Below are positions 1 to 10,532 of a DNA stretch of 64,000 nucleotides, one piece after another. The stretch comes from Candidatus Hadarchaeota archaeon (lineage in GTDB: Archaea > Hadarchaeota > Hadarchaeia > Hadarchaeales > JAGGTB01), in NCBI GenBank assembly GCA_964384105.1, contig CAYLJV010000001.1, positions 128,001-192,000 on the forward strand, written 5' to 3'. The notes below the pieces were generated by a model. It was not told the DNA's origin. It did no database searches and saw only the letters and a list, made by a program, of their open reading frames with translations. Position 1 is the first letter of the stretch; every line of letters begins with the position of its first letter. A program made the translations under genes and the position numbers.

Positions 1-1
1 G

Positions 2-409
2 GGAATAGTTGGGGCTATACCCGTTTCTATAGCTCTCGTCTGGGAGCTGGGAACCCTTGGTTGTTTGGGTTGGTCCTTGGATGTTATGAATATGATGGTC
101 TCAGCCTTGGCCATAGGTATTGGAGTTGATTTTGCGATTCATATAACGCATAGATTCCAAGAGGAGTGGAAAAATAATGGTAAATCTCCTGAAGAGGCTA
201 TTTCTATAACGATCCAGAGCGTTGGTCGTGCAATAACGGCGGCGGCCGCTACTACTATCGGTGTATTTGTTGTTCTCTCACTCTCCAGAATGCCGCCTAT
301 AGCGAGGTTTGGTCAGATATCGGCGCTGGTGATATTCTTCTCTCTAGTTGGTGCTCTATTGATTTTGCCATCAGCTCTACTAGCTTATGCTAGGTGGAAG
401 GGAGAATAG
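2..409 (+). CDS. RND/MMPL family transporter, C-terminal part (runs off window start)
   Basis: Open frame from the window edge; GIGVDFAIHI motif and hydrophobic helices typical of MMPL/RND. Confidence 0.85.
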   Translation, partial: GIVGAIPVSIALVWELGTLGCLGWSLDVMNMMVSALAIGIGVDFAIHITHRFQEEWKNNGKSPEEAISITIQSVGRAITAAAATTIGVFVVLSLSRMPPIARFGQISALVIFFSLVGALLILPSALLAYARWKGE

Positions 410-545
410 TATCCGAGTCGGTAATATTTCAGGGATTTTGGGTTTTTTTCGGAGCTTGGGGTATATAAATAGATAATAGACGTGAGGTCTATTTGTGAAT
501 ATAGACTTTTTACATGTTTTGGTTGATTCGAACAAGAGGCTCTGA

Positions 546-1205
546 TTAGTCAATTCCCCGAAGAAGACGGCTTAATCGAATTACTTCTTGAGTTTCTCCA
601 ACTAGTACTACTCGATCTCCCTTTTTAAATGAGGTATGGCCTCTAGGAGGTATGAGTTTACCATCTCTAGTTATCATGGCTACTGTACAAAGTTCAGGTA
701 TTTTGAGTTCTTCTATGGTTTTGCCGATAGCATTGGAATGGTCTGTTACTGTAACTTCGAGCACTTCAGCTTTATTTCCTCCAAGTGTTAAGATACCGTA
801 TATTTCGGGTCCTGTCAAAGCCTTTTCGAATAAACCAGCTGAAGCATTAATAGAACTTATCGCTGCATCTGCCCCCAGGTCTTGGAACATTTTTGCATGA
901 TCGCTTTTGTTTACTCTTGCAACTACTCGAGGAATTCCAAAGTTTTTGGCGATTTTACAGGCCATTAAATTAACCTCATCATCGCCCGCCAATGCCGCAA
1001 GCGCATCGACTTTTTTTCCACCGGCTTTTTCAACGTCGTCCATGTCGGAACCGCTTCCATGGATAACGGGGCAGTCCAACTTTTTAGTCAATTCAAAAAC
1101 TCTGTCTTCGTCTATCTCTATGATTGTTGGTTCGTGTCCAGTATTTAGTAGCCTATTCGCTACTTGAACTCCTGTTCTTCCGCCGCCCACTATAACAATC
1201 TGCAT
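546..1205 (-). CDS. trkA: TrkA-family K+ uptake regulatory subunit (RCK-N + RCK-C)
   Basis: GGGRTG Rossmann motif, IHGSGS, C-terminal RDGKLIPPRG TrkA-C signature. Confidence 0.9.
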   Translation of the reverse strand: MQIVIVGGGRTGVQVANRLLNTGHEPTIIEIDEDRVFELTKKLDCPVIHGSGSDMDDVEKAGGKKVDALAALAGDDEVNLMACKIAKNFGIPRVVARVNKSDHAKMFQDLGADAAISSINASAGLFEKALTGPEIYGILTLGGNKAEVLEVTVTDHSNAIGKTIEELKIPELCTVAMITRDGKLIPPRGHTSFKKGDRVVLVGETQEVIRLSRLLRGID

Positions 1206-1330
1206 TCTATCCTGAGTTGGCTTTAACGTTTTAATATATTTAACTTTTTCTTAATTATAGGGATTCTTTTTACTAATTTATCATTTTATTTATAAATTAA
1301 ATTACATATTAAATAATAAAAGAAATTGGG

Positions 1331-2128
1331 GTGATGGAAAAATTGTTTAAACATTCCATAGACACTTTTAAGGGTATGGGCTCAAGAATTGATGAAATTG
1401 ATAGGCGTATACTGTACAGGCTAGTACAGGACTCGCGGAATACTTCTACTCCAGAGATTGCTGAAGAAGTAAATGTTTCTCCTGGGACTATTAGAAACAG
1501 AATAAATCAACTTGAAGATGAGGGAATAATTCTTGGTTACCATGCAAACATCAATTACGAAAAAGTAGGCAATAGGTTGGTTAATCTCTTTAAGTGCTCT
1601 TCTTCGGTTAGAAATAGGCAGAAACTTGTGAAAAAAGTTCTGCAAGTTCCAGGTGTAATCGGTGTTAGTGAGATAATGTCTGGAGATGAGGATCTTCATA
1701 TAAAGGCTGTTGCTGAAAGTACTGAAGATATAAGGAGAATTGCTAATGATTTGATAGAGCTTAACATAGAAATCACGGATGAAGATTTGGTCTTGAGAGA
1801 ATACTTTCATCCTTATCACAAGTTTGGGCCTAAAGGAAAGAAAATAGAATCTATGGTTGATTTTAGGAGAATCACTGGAGGGGCGGAGACCGCCAATTTT
1901 ACAGTTCCTGAAGGGGTTCCAGTCGAAGGAAAAACGGTCAAAGAGATAAATGATATGGGTCTTTTGGATAGGAATGCCTTACTTTTGGCCGTAGAAAGAG
2001 AAGATAAGACTATTACCCCAAAGGGAAATACGACAATTAAAACTGGTGATATTGTAACTATCTTTTCTCCTACAGGTATTGCCAAGGAAACTCTCAGAGC
2101 ATTTACTACCCTAGAAAAGAATAGATGA
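1331..2128 (+). CDS. Lrp/AsnC regulator fused to a TrkA-C domain
   Basis: IDEIDRRIL...VSPGTIRNRINQLE HTH; C-terminal EREDKTITPKGNTTIKTGD. Confidence 0.85.
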   Translation: MMEKLFKHSIDTFKGMGSRIDEIDRRILYRLVQDSRNTSTPEIAEEVNVSPGTIRNRINQLEDEGIILGYHANINYEKVGNRLVNLFKCSSSVRNRQKLVKKVLQVPGVIGVSEIMSGDEDLHIKAVAESTEDIRRIANDLIELNIEITDEDLVLREYFHPYHKFGPKGKKIESMVDFRRITGGAETANFTVPEGVPVEGKTVKEINDMGLLDRNALLLAVEREDKTITPKGNTTIKTGDIVTIFSPTGIAKETLRAFTTLEKNR

Positions 2129-2192
2129 CCGACTGGTCTATTATCGATAAATTTTATCTTCCTATTTTGTAGAGTGTAGGTGGGATATAATT

Positions 2193-2497
2193 TTGAATGT
2201 TACTACTACGAACTCTATAGAGGGTAAGAAAATTCGGAAGTATCTAGGCGTTGTTTCTGGCGCGGCGATTATGGGTGCGAATATTATGTGAGATTTCTTA
2301 GCGGATATAAGAGATGTTGTTGCTGGAAGGTCTGGACAATACGAGAAGGAGAGAGGGGGTAGGCCTTGAGAGACCTCGAAGCAGGAGCCGAGGAATTAGG
2401 TGCCGATGCAGTTATGGGTGTTGGTCTAGATTACGAAGAAATGGGAGAGGGTATTCTGTGGATAACCGCCACTGGAACGGCTGTCAAGCCGGAATAG
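2193..2497 (+). pseudogene. YbjQ/UPF0145 family pseudogene
   Basis: VTTTNSIEGKKIRKYLGVVSG...GANIM*DFLADIRDVVAGRSGQYE with in-frame TGA at 2289-2291, then a frameshift into ALRDLEAGAEELGADAVMGVGLDY...TATGTAVK. Confidence 0.85.
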
Positions 2498-2544
2498 TTA
2501 CCTTATGAAGTAGATATTTTTCCTGAATTTTACTATGGGTGAAG

Positions 2545-3606
2545 TTATTTCTCTGTTTCCAGCAAGTTTTCCAAGATATCGGCCCAAGCTTGACTGAATC
2601 CCCTTTCTTCCTTAGGTCTGAATTCTTGGTCTGCTCTTTTTTTCATTTCGACTTTTACCTCTTTCAATTTCTTCCTGGAGTAGGTTCCGTCTGAAATTTT
2701 TTGAACTAAAGTCAGTTCATGATCTGAATCTATGGCTGCCAGAACACCTTTCAAAGCTTGCCTGTATCCAATGTTCTTTCCAGATTCCTCCCTAAATTTT
2801 CGAGCAAATTTTGATATTTCTTCCGCTCGTCCTTCTCGGAGACTCGGTATTTTGATTAAGTTTTCCAAGGAAGCTTCTGCTATGTTTTTGATTGAATAAT
2901 ATCCATATTCTTGGATTTCTTTTGCTACAGAGGCTTCTGTAATGTCCATGAGTCGTTTTTTTTCTTGTTCTTTTGCCGCTAGTATGATTTTATCCGAAGT
3001 TTTTGTCCCTATTTTTGGTAATTTCTCTAATTCCGAAGGATCAGTATTTGCTAATATGTTGGTGGAGTAATACCCGTGTTTAAATAGTTCTTTGGCTCTG
3101 TCCTTTCCTACTCCATGTAACTCTTCTACTTCTTTTTTGAGTTTTTGCGCCGCATAGTTTTTTATCTTTTTAGCGCTCTTTCTCCCTATCTTGGGTATCT
3201 TTGCTAGCTCTTTTGCGGAAGTCGTGTGAAGGTCCTCGAGGGACGTATATCCTTCTTTCCAGATTTCTTCTGCTCTATCTTTTCCAACCCCTGGAATCGA
3301 CTCTATTCTTTTTTTCAAAAACGCTTGAGCAGATTTTTTTATCTTTTTTGCTTTTCCTTCACTTAAACAAGGGATTTTTATAATTTTCTCGAGCGGGGCG
3401 GATCCTAGGCTCTCTATCGAATCGTATCCATACATTTGAATCTCATGCGCTTCTTTTGGTCCGATTCCAGGAAGTTCTTCGATCTTTGTGGAACCATAAC
3501 CATTCATTTTCTCTTCTTTCAGTACTTTTTCGATCAGTTTTTTTACTTTCTCTCGATTTTTTTCTTTTATAGCCGTTACAAAACGAGTCAACTCTTTTTC
3601 TGTCAC
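2545..3606 (-). CDS. Protein with four tandem (HhH)2 DNA-binding-like repeats
   Basis: ~59-aa repeats IEELPGIG/IESIPGVG/VEELHGVG...GY.S...L.KIP.IG. Confidence 0.75.
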   Translation of the reverse strand: MTEKELTRFVTAIKEKNREKVKKLIEKVLKEEKMNGYGSTKIEELPGIGPKEAHEIQMYGYDSIESLGSAPLEKIIKIPCLSEGKAKKIKKSAQAFLKKRIESIPGVGKDRAEEIWKEGYTSLEDLHTTSAKELAKIPKIGRKSAKKIKNYAAQKLKKEVEELHGVGKDRAKELFKHGYYSTNILANTDPSELEKLPKIGTKTSDKIILAAKEQEKKRLMDITEASVAKEIQEYGYYSIKNIAEASLENLIKIPSLREGRAEEISKFARKFREESGKNIGYRQALKGVLAAIDSDHELTLVQKISDGTYSRKKLKEVKVEMKKRADQEFRPKEERGFSQAWADILENLLETEK

Positions 3607-3799
3607 AAATTACCCCCCTTTTTTTCGAAATTACTTCTATTGGTGACCTGTAATAGACTTATCCGATTGTCCTTATGACCTGTTTATCAGTGTTGAATAA
3701 ATTGAGCAAACTCGGAAAAGAGTTCTTTTTAGGGACAGAGATGTTGGAGAAGTGGGGTTTATTTATAAAGAGCATTTCTAATAACATATAAGGGGTAAT

Positions 3800-3970
3800 T
3801 TGAAAAAGCTTTTAGAAGATGAAAAGGCTCAAGGAGCTACCGAATATCTTCTGATCTTAGCCGGTGTTCTCGGTGTTGTGGCTATGGCGATTAGTTATAT
3901 AATTGAACTCGCAAATAAGGCCGAAGCAGCAGCAGAAAGCAATGCGGATAAAGTCTTTGAGAATCTTTGA
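3800..3970 (+). CDS. Small class III signal peptide (pilin-like) protein, 56 aa; not in ORF track
   Basis: MKKLLEDEKAQGATEYLLILAGVLGVV...; K-A/Q-x-x-x-E processing motif followed by a hydrophobic helix; AGGGGT RBS upstream. Confidence 0.8.
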   Translation: MKKLLEDEKAQGATEYLLILAGVLGVVAMAISYIIELANKAEAAAESNADKVFENL

Positions 3971-4102
3971 ATGAGTTGATGTTTAGCTCTTTTTCCGTTT
4001 GTCGTTAGAAACGAGTCTTTGGTCCTTTGTATAGTGTAACAAAAATCCAATAGCATATCAAAATTCTATAAAAAATAGTTTTAATTTAAACTTTGCAAGG
4101 GC

Positions 4103-4228
4103 CTAATCCTTTTTCTCTTCACCTTTGGAAACTATTGTTAGTTCTGCGCCGCAAACTGAACACTTTGCATCTTTAGTGATTCTAGGCTCTTCGTCTACCT
4201 CTTTACCACAAAGGCCACATTTAGGCAT
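4103..4228 (-). CDS. 41-aa zinc-finger microprotein; not in ORF track
   Basis: MPKCGLCGKEVDEEPRITKDAKCSVCGAELTIVSKGEEKKD, two CxxCG motifs. Confidence 0.7.
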   Translation of the reverse strand: MPKCGLCGKEVDEEPRITKDAKCSVCGAELTIVSKGEEKKD

Positions 4229-4335
4229 TACATTCACATTCCGACTTTTCAGCCGTTTTTATTTATAAATTCAAACTAAATAAATGGTTCCTAAAATTTT
4301 CTTTTTAAGCAATATGTCTAGAAACAAATCAAAAA

Positions 4336-5004
4336 TCACTTTATACCAAAGGCCTCTGCTGCCTCCATTATACTCTCGGACTTCCCTGAGAGAAATACTC
4401 TATCGTTTGCCTTTATTTCCTCATTACCTCGGGGTATTATGAAACTGTCCTCTCTGTATATGCCTGCGAAGACACAGTTATCCGGAAACTTGTCTTCCAT
4501 TATTATCTCAGCTATTCGTTTATCCCTAAGAGGAGAATCCTCTGGTATCTCTACAATAAATATTGAAGCTTCACCGGACCCTAGGTCAACTACCTTTTTC
4601 ACGGATGGGTGTTCAATTTCTAGAAGAATAGAGTCCATATATATGTCTACAGTATTTAGGGCTCTCTTGGCCCCTGCTACGTTATAAGCAACTTTGTAAG
4701 ACGGGTCCCTCATCCTTACCAGAATGTTTGGAACGTTAAATGCGTTAGAGAGTATAGTAAAAGAAAGATTAGCTGAGTCTTTCCCTATCAGGCCGATGCA
4801 AACATCAGCTTTTTCTATCCCTGCTTTTTTAAGAATCTCTATATTTGAAGCGTCCCCGCAAATCACATTTGCACCAGTATCCATACTGACCCTGTTACAA
4901 GCATCTCCATCAATATCTATTACAATGACATCGTGGCCTCGTTCCACTAGTTCTTCCGTGACTCTTCTTCCAACCTGTCCAGCTCCCGCAACAATTATAT
5001 GCAA
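4336..5004 (-). CDS. trkA: TrkA-family K+ uptake subunit
   Basis: GAGQVG, ICGDAS, FIIPRG; directly downstream of trkH. Confidence 0.9.
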   Translation of the reverse strand: MHIIVAGAGQVGRRVTEELVERGHDVIVIDIDGDACNRVSMDTGANVICGDASNIEILKKAGIEKADVCIGLIGKDSANLSFTILSNAFNVPNILVRMRDPSYKVAYNVAGAKRALNTVDIYMDSILLEIEHPSVKKVVDLGSGEASIFIVEIPEDSPLRDKRIAEIIMEDKFPDNCVFAGIYREDSFIIPRGNEEIKANDRVFLSGKSESIMEAAEAFGIK

Positions 5005-5015
5005 GTTACCACACC

Positions 5016-6496
5016 TTAAGCTTTCCAGACCTCTTTATTTAAAAGTATAAATATCGGCAGTACTTCCAACCTCCCTACAAGCATTGCAAATATATAAAAG
5101 GATTTAACTACTGCGTTCAAGCTCGCCATCTCTGCTACTGAAAGATAGCTAGGACCTATATTCCCAAGAGCCGAGAATATCCCTGAAAAAGATTCTAAAG
5201 GCCCATAACCAGAGAAAAGGGCAGTGACGAACCCACCCATAACCAGAATCAAAATCCATGTACCGATGATAATAAAAATTCTTTCCAGGTCACTTCTATC
5301 AATCTTTTCTCCATCGACCATCAGTGGTGTAAGCATTTCTCTCGGCCTGGAAGCTCTTTTCATCCGATTCCAAATACCTTTTATCATTATCCCAACCCTT
5401 CTTACCTTTACTCCACCACCTGTAGAACTCACACAACCTCCGATGACCATTAGTATTAGAAAGACCTGCTTCGCCAACGCACCAAAAAATTCACTACCGA
5501 TGAATCTGGTTTGATAACCAGTTGTTGTAGCTACAGAAACAACCTGAAAACTGTATTCCTGAACAAAGGTTCTATCGCATGGTCAAATATGCCAACCTCG
5601 TACATGATGAAGAATGTAGATAAACCTAGTATAGCCCACCACATTTTCATCTCAAGATTATTCCAAAGGGAACTCAATTTGCCTTTCAAAACTTGATAGT
5701 GAACTACAAAATTTGTCCCCCCAAGAAACATGAAAAAGATCACGGTGTATTCGATAAGTTTGTAATTTTCGAATCCATTGATTCTATAGAATTCGATACT
5801 AGCATTATGTGGGGAAAATCCTCCAGTTGACAAAGTAGTGAAGGCATGATTTACCGCATCAAAAAGAGTTGTTCCCTCAGCCCAAAGTAAAAGGACCATT
5901 AAGGCCGTGAAGCCTCCAAAAATCATCCATAAATATTTTATAGTTCTCGCAATATTTGGCACGGGTTTGCTAGCCTTAATCTTATGAGACTCTCCTCTGT
6001 AGAGTATGTGTTCTGATATTCCTTTTCTACCAATGAAAAGAAAGAAAGACAGTATTCCTAAACCACCTATCCACTGAATCAAACTTCTCCAGAAAATTAG
6101 TGATTTTGGAAATGGGTCCAGATTAGTTATCATCGTGATACCCGTCGTGGTGAATCCACTTACGGCTTCAAAGTATGAATTTATGAAGCTCATATCTGAG
6201 ATTATTAAAAAGGGAAATGAACAGAAAAAAGAAATAATTATCCAAGCTAGACCAGTAAGGAAAAGGCCTTGGACTAGATTTAGTCTTCTGCACTCGAATT
6301 TTTTGTTAAAAATTAAACCAAAGAAAATAGACAAAACTCCAGGAATTATATATCCCAAATAAATGTTATTCCCCAGATAGGTCCACTCTTGGTAAACCAA
6401 CCCAACAAAAATCGGTATAAGACAAACTATACCAATAAGTATGAGAATTCTTCCTAAATGTCCAAGCGAGTACCTCAAATTTTTCGGCAAATTCAT
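5016..6496 (-). pseudogene. trkH: TrkH K+ channel, frameshifted near 5547-5550 (real or sequencing error)
   Basis: FEAVSGFTTTG and TTLSTGGF in the first frame; QVVSVATTTG...SSTGGGVK...SALGNIGP continue in a second frame; one base is missing in a T4 run. Confidence 0.8.
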
Positions 6497-6871
6497 ATTA
6501 TCGAATCTGCGATGGTTTCATTATTTTTATTAAAGGATAGATTAAAACGCTCTTTTTTTATTTTCACGGTAAACCTTCCAAAATCAATAAACTCAGTATC
6601 TCATCTTCTTGATACTTATGTAAAATTTTCGTCGTAATTAAAACAACTATAAAAAATATCTACAATATTGAGAAAATTACCTCTGCCAAAATCTTAACGG
6701 GCTAAATTTCGGGGTCTTGCCGAGGATCTGAGCCCAATGCAGCTAATACGGGAATTTATCTAATGAAGAATAGAGATAGGAATCAGGAACTCAAATCAAA
6801 GATTTCAAAAGACGTGAGGCCTCCGGAATAAAGAAATAGTGAAAACCCGCATTACCCATCGGGTTAAGACT

Positions 6872-7468
6872 ATGATTCCATTTGAAGCTCTCGAGGGATT
6901 GGCTCAACAATATGGTTATATCGGCTTCTTTTTGGCTGCGTTTTTGTCATCCACAATAATACCTTTTTCGGTAGAAGCGCTTTTGTTCTTTGCCATAGGG
7001 CTGGGAATGGGCGCAGTTCAAACAGTCTTTTTGTTTACTGTGGCCTCTACATTAGGAGGATTAACCACTTATCTAATTGGATTTTCTGGAGGGAAAATTC
7101 TTGGAAAAAAAATCGAATCCGGAAAAATAAATAGATATAAAAAAGCCGTCGATCGAGGGGGACCCCCAATGATCTTTTTGGCGGCATTTACTCCGCTACC
7201 ATACGAACTTTTCTCTCTTCCTTCGGGACTTTTAAGGATGAATATATACCTTTTTCTGATATCTACCGCAGCCGGGAGAGCTTTAAGGTTCAGTTTAATT
7301 GTGCTTTTTGGAAGAAAGGTACTAGAAATAACTCACTCAGGAAATTGGGGTCTGTTAGCAGTCTTCATAGTAGTAGGTTTGACTATTATAGTACTTTCGA
7401 GTTATTTTTCTTGGAAGGTGATAAAATCGGGGGAGGGGGACACTGAAGAAAATGGAAACTCAAGTTGA
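6872..7468 (+). CDS. DedA/YqaA (VTT domain) membrane protein
   Basis: AAFLSSTIIPFSVE, TPLPYELF, GRALRF motifs. Confidence 0.85.
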   Translation: MIPFEALEGLAQQYGYIGFFLAAFLSSTIIPFSVEALLFFAIGLGMGAVQTVFLFTVASTLGGLTTYLIGFSGGKILGKKIESGKINRYKKAVDRGGPPMIFLAAFTPLPYELFSLPSGLLRMNIYLFLISTAAGRALRFSLIVLFGRKVLEITHSGNWGLLAVFIVVGLTIIVLSSYFSWKVIKSGEGDTEENGNSS

Positions 7469-7554
7469 GACTAATCGACCCTTCGAAACTAAACACAAAA
7501 ATAAAACTTTCATTTTTTAGTAAAGTTTATATACCAGTAAGCAATGTTAAATTG

Positions 7555-7850
7555 CAGGGGTTTAGGAGGGAGTAAAAAAACACTTTAATTGTTTGAATCG
7601 ATCTTTGAGATTTTAATAAATCACATATCGCACTCCCGCCGGTGTCTTTTACCTTCTCTTGAATTCATCGAGTTTTCAGCATCGGCGGATTTGGTGTCTC
7701 TCAATAATTTTTAATCTCTTTGTTTAAGGTGGGGGACACCGGGGCCGGGCGATGCCGGCAGGCGATGCTTCGGTCGGCTACCGATCAGCTGCTTTGCAAC
7801 CTGCCCGCGAAAGGGTAACATTCCCGGCCCTTTACTCTCACTATCACAAG
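7555..7850 (+). ncRNA. Candidate structured ncRNA, copy A of a two-copy family (core 7742-7830)
   Basis: No ORF; TATA-like TTTATATA at 7526-7533; GC-rich helices with G-U pairs; core shared with 25928-26027. Confidence 0.6.
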
Positions 7851-7907
7851 CTCAATTTTTTGAAATAATATGTCTTTCGGTTTTTTTTGGAACTTCTGCA
7901 CAAAGAA

Positions 7908-7935
7908 ATTTTTTGTTATGGGTGTAACAAAAAAT
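7908..7935. repeat. 28-bp palindrome ATTTTTTGTTA-TGGGTG-TAACAAAAAAT, copy 1
   Basis: Identical to 62169-62196. Confidence 0.85.
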
Positions 7936-7998
7936 TTTAAATTCCAAGTATGTTGAGGAGATCTTCCTTAGATAGTTTTGCGAAGCGGTAGTGGGTTG

Positions 7999-8076
7999 TG
8001 GTGGGGCTGCCCGGATTTGAACCGGGGTCACTGGCACCCAAAGCCAGAAGGCTAGTCCTGACTACCCCACAGCCCC
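7999..8076 (-). tRNA. tRNA-Pro(TGG), CCA encoded
   Basis: GGGGCTG acceptor stem, CTGGC-TT-TGG-GT-GCCAG anticodon arm, GGTTCAAATCC T-loop. Confidence 0.95.
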
Positions 8077-8347
8077 TATTATTTTCAGAAAAGAATTGAG
8101 TAGAATCACTATTAAAATGAGTGTCTGAATTGGTTAATTTCTGGATTAAACCAGTTCTAGTAATAGAGTTTTTATAACTATTGCATATTCATAAATCCAG
8201 ACTCCAGCAAATAGGTTCTAAAAGAGTACTCAGTGGTTGTCAGATATTTGCTGACTACAGTTGGAGATAGTAAAAATATTAATAATTTTGATAGTTAAAT
8301 CTCTCTATTAATACTAGAATATCGCCCTCTCCATGACTCTCTTAATT

Positions 8348-8602
8348 CTATTCTTTGGGTAAGTCGGATAGTCTCTTCAGTTTTATTGTTCCTCGAATCC
8401 TGGTATTTTGGCCGGTTCCGCCATCTACTTTCAATATATCCAATTCTTCTAAGGATAGGAAAATACTGCTCAAACTGTCAATATTTTTTAAGAATTTTTC
8501 CGACAGAGAACATTCTTTTTGGATCTCTTCTAGGTTGTGCCATTCGCAATCGGAGAGGTACTCGACTATTCTATCTATTTTCTCCCAGTTGTCTTTTTTC
8601 AT
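8348..8602 (-). CDS. Small hypothetical protein, probable winged helix
   Basis: IVEYLSDCEWHNLEEIQKECSL pattern. Confidence 0.5.
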   Translation of the reverse strand: MKKDNWEKIDRIVEYLSDCEWHNLEEIQKECSLSEKFLKNIDSLSSIFLSLEELDILKVDGGTGQNTRIRGTIKLKRLSDLPKE

Positions 8603-9002
8603 GGAATGACCAATTTATCTCCCGCTTGAACCTGCATAAAAATTTTGCTAAACAATATTCGGGATAGAGTCGAGACATCTTTTAATTTGTTTAGTTTTCC
8701 TAATGTTTTTCTTATCTATTTTACGATTCTTTTTCATATTTGCGTTTTTCTTTGCCAATAATTCTCTTGAGGTAAGTATTTTCTACTGAAGATGATTCTT
8801 TTTTATTTGATTCCGGATCGTCTTCCTTTTTTACCTTTTTGCTTCTTGATTTCTTTTCTTTATGTTTGTCTTTTTTCATCTCGAACTCCACTAGACTCTA
8901 TGGGATGATGCTTAATAATAGCAATTATGGATAAAGATAAAATTCCAAAAACCGAATTCTTATTCAAAAACATAGGATGTCTGCCGGTTCGTCTTTTTTA
9001 CG

Positions 9003-9317
9003 CTAGGAAGGTTTTCTTTTGACTACCGCTAACCTTCCTTGGTCGTCCTCGATTTCGAAACCATGACGCTGATACCAATCCAGTCTGGGTTTGAAGGTTT
9101 TTGCGACTATTTCCGAATTTTCAAAGTCTTTTAGAATATGCTTTAGGAGGGTGGAACCAACTCCCTTACTTCTGCTATTTCTTTTGATGTTTATCTGTTT
9201 GAGCTTAATTGGCTCGACGGAGTCTATCAGAGTTGCGCTCCCGATTATTCGACTTCCGTAGTCGTTCCAGACTACATATTTACATTTTTTCCCGGACTCT
9301 TCGCGTTCTATCTGCAT
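9003..9317 (-). CDS. GNAT acetyltransferase
   Basis: RSKGVGSTLL acetyl-CoA motif A; WYQRHGF. Confidence 0.8.
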   Translation of the reverse strand: MQIEREESGKKCKYVVWNDYGSRIIGSATLIDSVEPIKLKQINIKRNSRSKGVGSTLLKHILKDFENSEIVAKTFKPRLDWYQRHGFEIEDDQGRLAVVKRKPS

Positions 9318-9409
9318 TGTAATCCTAAAAGCAACGATGAGCTACTATAAAAGTCTTGAGGGGAAGCTCATTTAATTGGGACTTTTATGATATCAAAAGG
9401 TGATTTTCT

Positions 9410-10531
9410 CTATTTTTTTTCTAATGCCATGTCTAGGATCTTATTTACTTCTTTATTCAGTTCCTCTGGAAGTCCCAGGATTCTTACGTCCATGAAACCG
9501 CGCGTGATTAAGGATATTGCTCTGTCTCGGGGTATTCCTCGAGTCATTAGATATTCTATCTGTTTTTCGGAAATTTTTCCCACTGCTGCTTCGTGAGTTA
9601 TGTCTGCGCCTTTTTTTCTTGCAACTAGTTCAGGTATCGATCTGATGATGGAGTCATTATCCATAATCAGTCCCCGACATTCAAGGTGCCCTTTACACTC
9701 CGAATTGTTTCCATCTATTTCGCCTCTTACAATTATTTTGGCTCCATCTTGGACTATCGCTCGGGATATCATCTCTGCCCTGCTCTCTTTCCCGTTGAGT
9801 ACTGCCTTAGAACCGATATCTAGATTAGAATTTTTTTGACTGTAGAGAATATTATTGAAGCTAACTTTCGATTCCTTACCATTACAATACGCCTCAGGAT
9901 ACATCTGGACATCTTTGACCGGCTCTAAATTCACATAGTTTGAAGTGAAGCTTCCTTTATCTTCTATCAAAGCTGCACTACGGGGTCTGACAAAGGTTTC
10001 TTCGCCCCAGTCATGAATCATTGTAAAATTAAGCTCTGCGTTTTTCTTGATGTAGTATTCGGTTACGCCTAGATGGGACCCTTTTGTGACTCCGTGGCTT
10101 TGGGTACATCCACTTATTATATGAGCTTTGGAATTTTCTTCCGCTATTATTATGTTATGTACCTTCTGCTCTTGGTTTTGTTTTCTCATTAATAGGCAGG
10201 ACTGAAGTGGGAACATAATCTCTTGATTCGGTAAGATTCTCATGAAATATCCGCCGCCGAATTCTTCAGAAACTTTTTCCGTGAATTCGTCCTTTTCTTT
10301 ATCTATTAAGTTCCAGAGATAGTCCTTCACCCAGTCGTATTTCTCTAGAGCTTCCTTCGTATCCATTAGTTCTAATTTTCCACCGAATTTTTCGTTAACT
10401 TTTGAGTATACAGTGGACTGGTCTACGTGGAATAGTGTTCCAGAACGGGTTTCCTCCTCTTCGATTCCCACCTTGTAGGCTTCTTTGATTATTTCATGAG
10501 GAATTTTCTCTAGCTCTGATCCTTCTCCCAA
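9410..10531 (-). CDS. sufB: SufB/SufD-family Fe-S assembly protein (archaeal SmsB type)
   Basis: FPLQSCL, KGHLECRGLI, THEAAVGKI, YLMTRG. Confidence 0.9.
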   Translation of the reverse strand: MGEGSELEKIPHEIIKEAYKVGIEEEETRSGTLFHVDQSTVYSKVNEKFGGKLELMDTKEALEKYDWVKDYLWNLIDKEKDEFTEKVSEEFGGGYFMRILPNQEIMFPLQSCLLMRKQNQEQKVHNIIIAEENSKAHIISGCTQSHGVTKGSHLGVTEYYIKKNAELNFTMIHDWGEETFVRPRSAALIEDKGSFTSNYVNLEPVKDVQMYPEAYCNGKESKVSFNNILYSQKNSNLDIGSKAVLNGKESRAEMISRAIVQDGAKIIVRGEIDGNNSECKGHLECRGLIMDNDSIIRSIPELVARKKGADITHEAAVGKISEKQIEYLMTRGIPRDRAISLITRGFMDVRILGLPEELNKEVNKILDMALEKK

Positions 10532-10532
10532 T

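Noticed and set aside
2289-2291. In-frame TGA in ybjQ as selenocysteine or recoding
   Set aside because: The position is normally a basic residue and the gene also has a frameshift, so it is a pseudogene
6697-6760. GGGCT...AGCCC hairpin plus CAGCTAA as a c-di-AMP riboswitch near trkH
   Set aside because: Lacks the rest of the ydaO consensus and is on the opposite strand to trkH
7742-7830. HDV-like, twister-sister or hammerhead ribozyme, or fluoride riboswitch
   Set aside because: Only short superficial matches; topology and catalytic consensus residues do not fit
8700-8880. Lys-rich short ORF on the minus strand
   Set aside because: Stops after about 25 codons and has no recognisable motif
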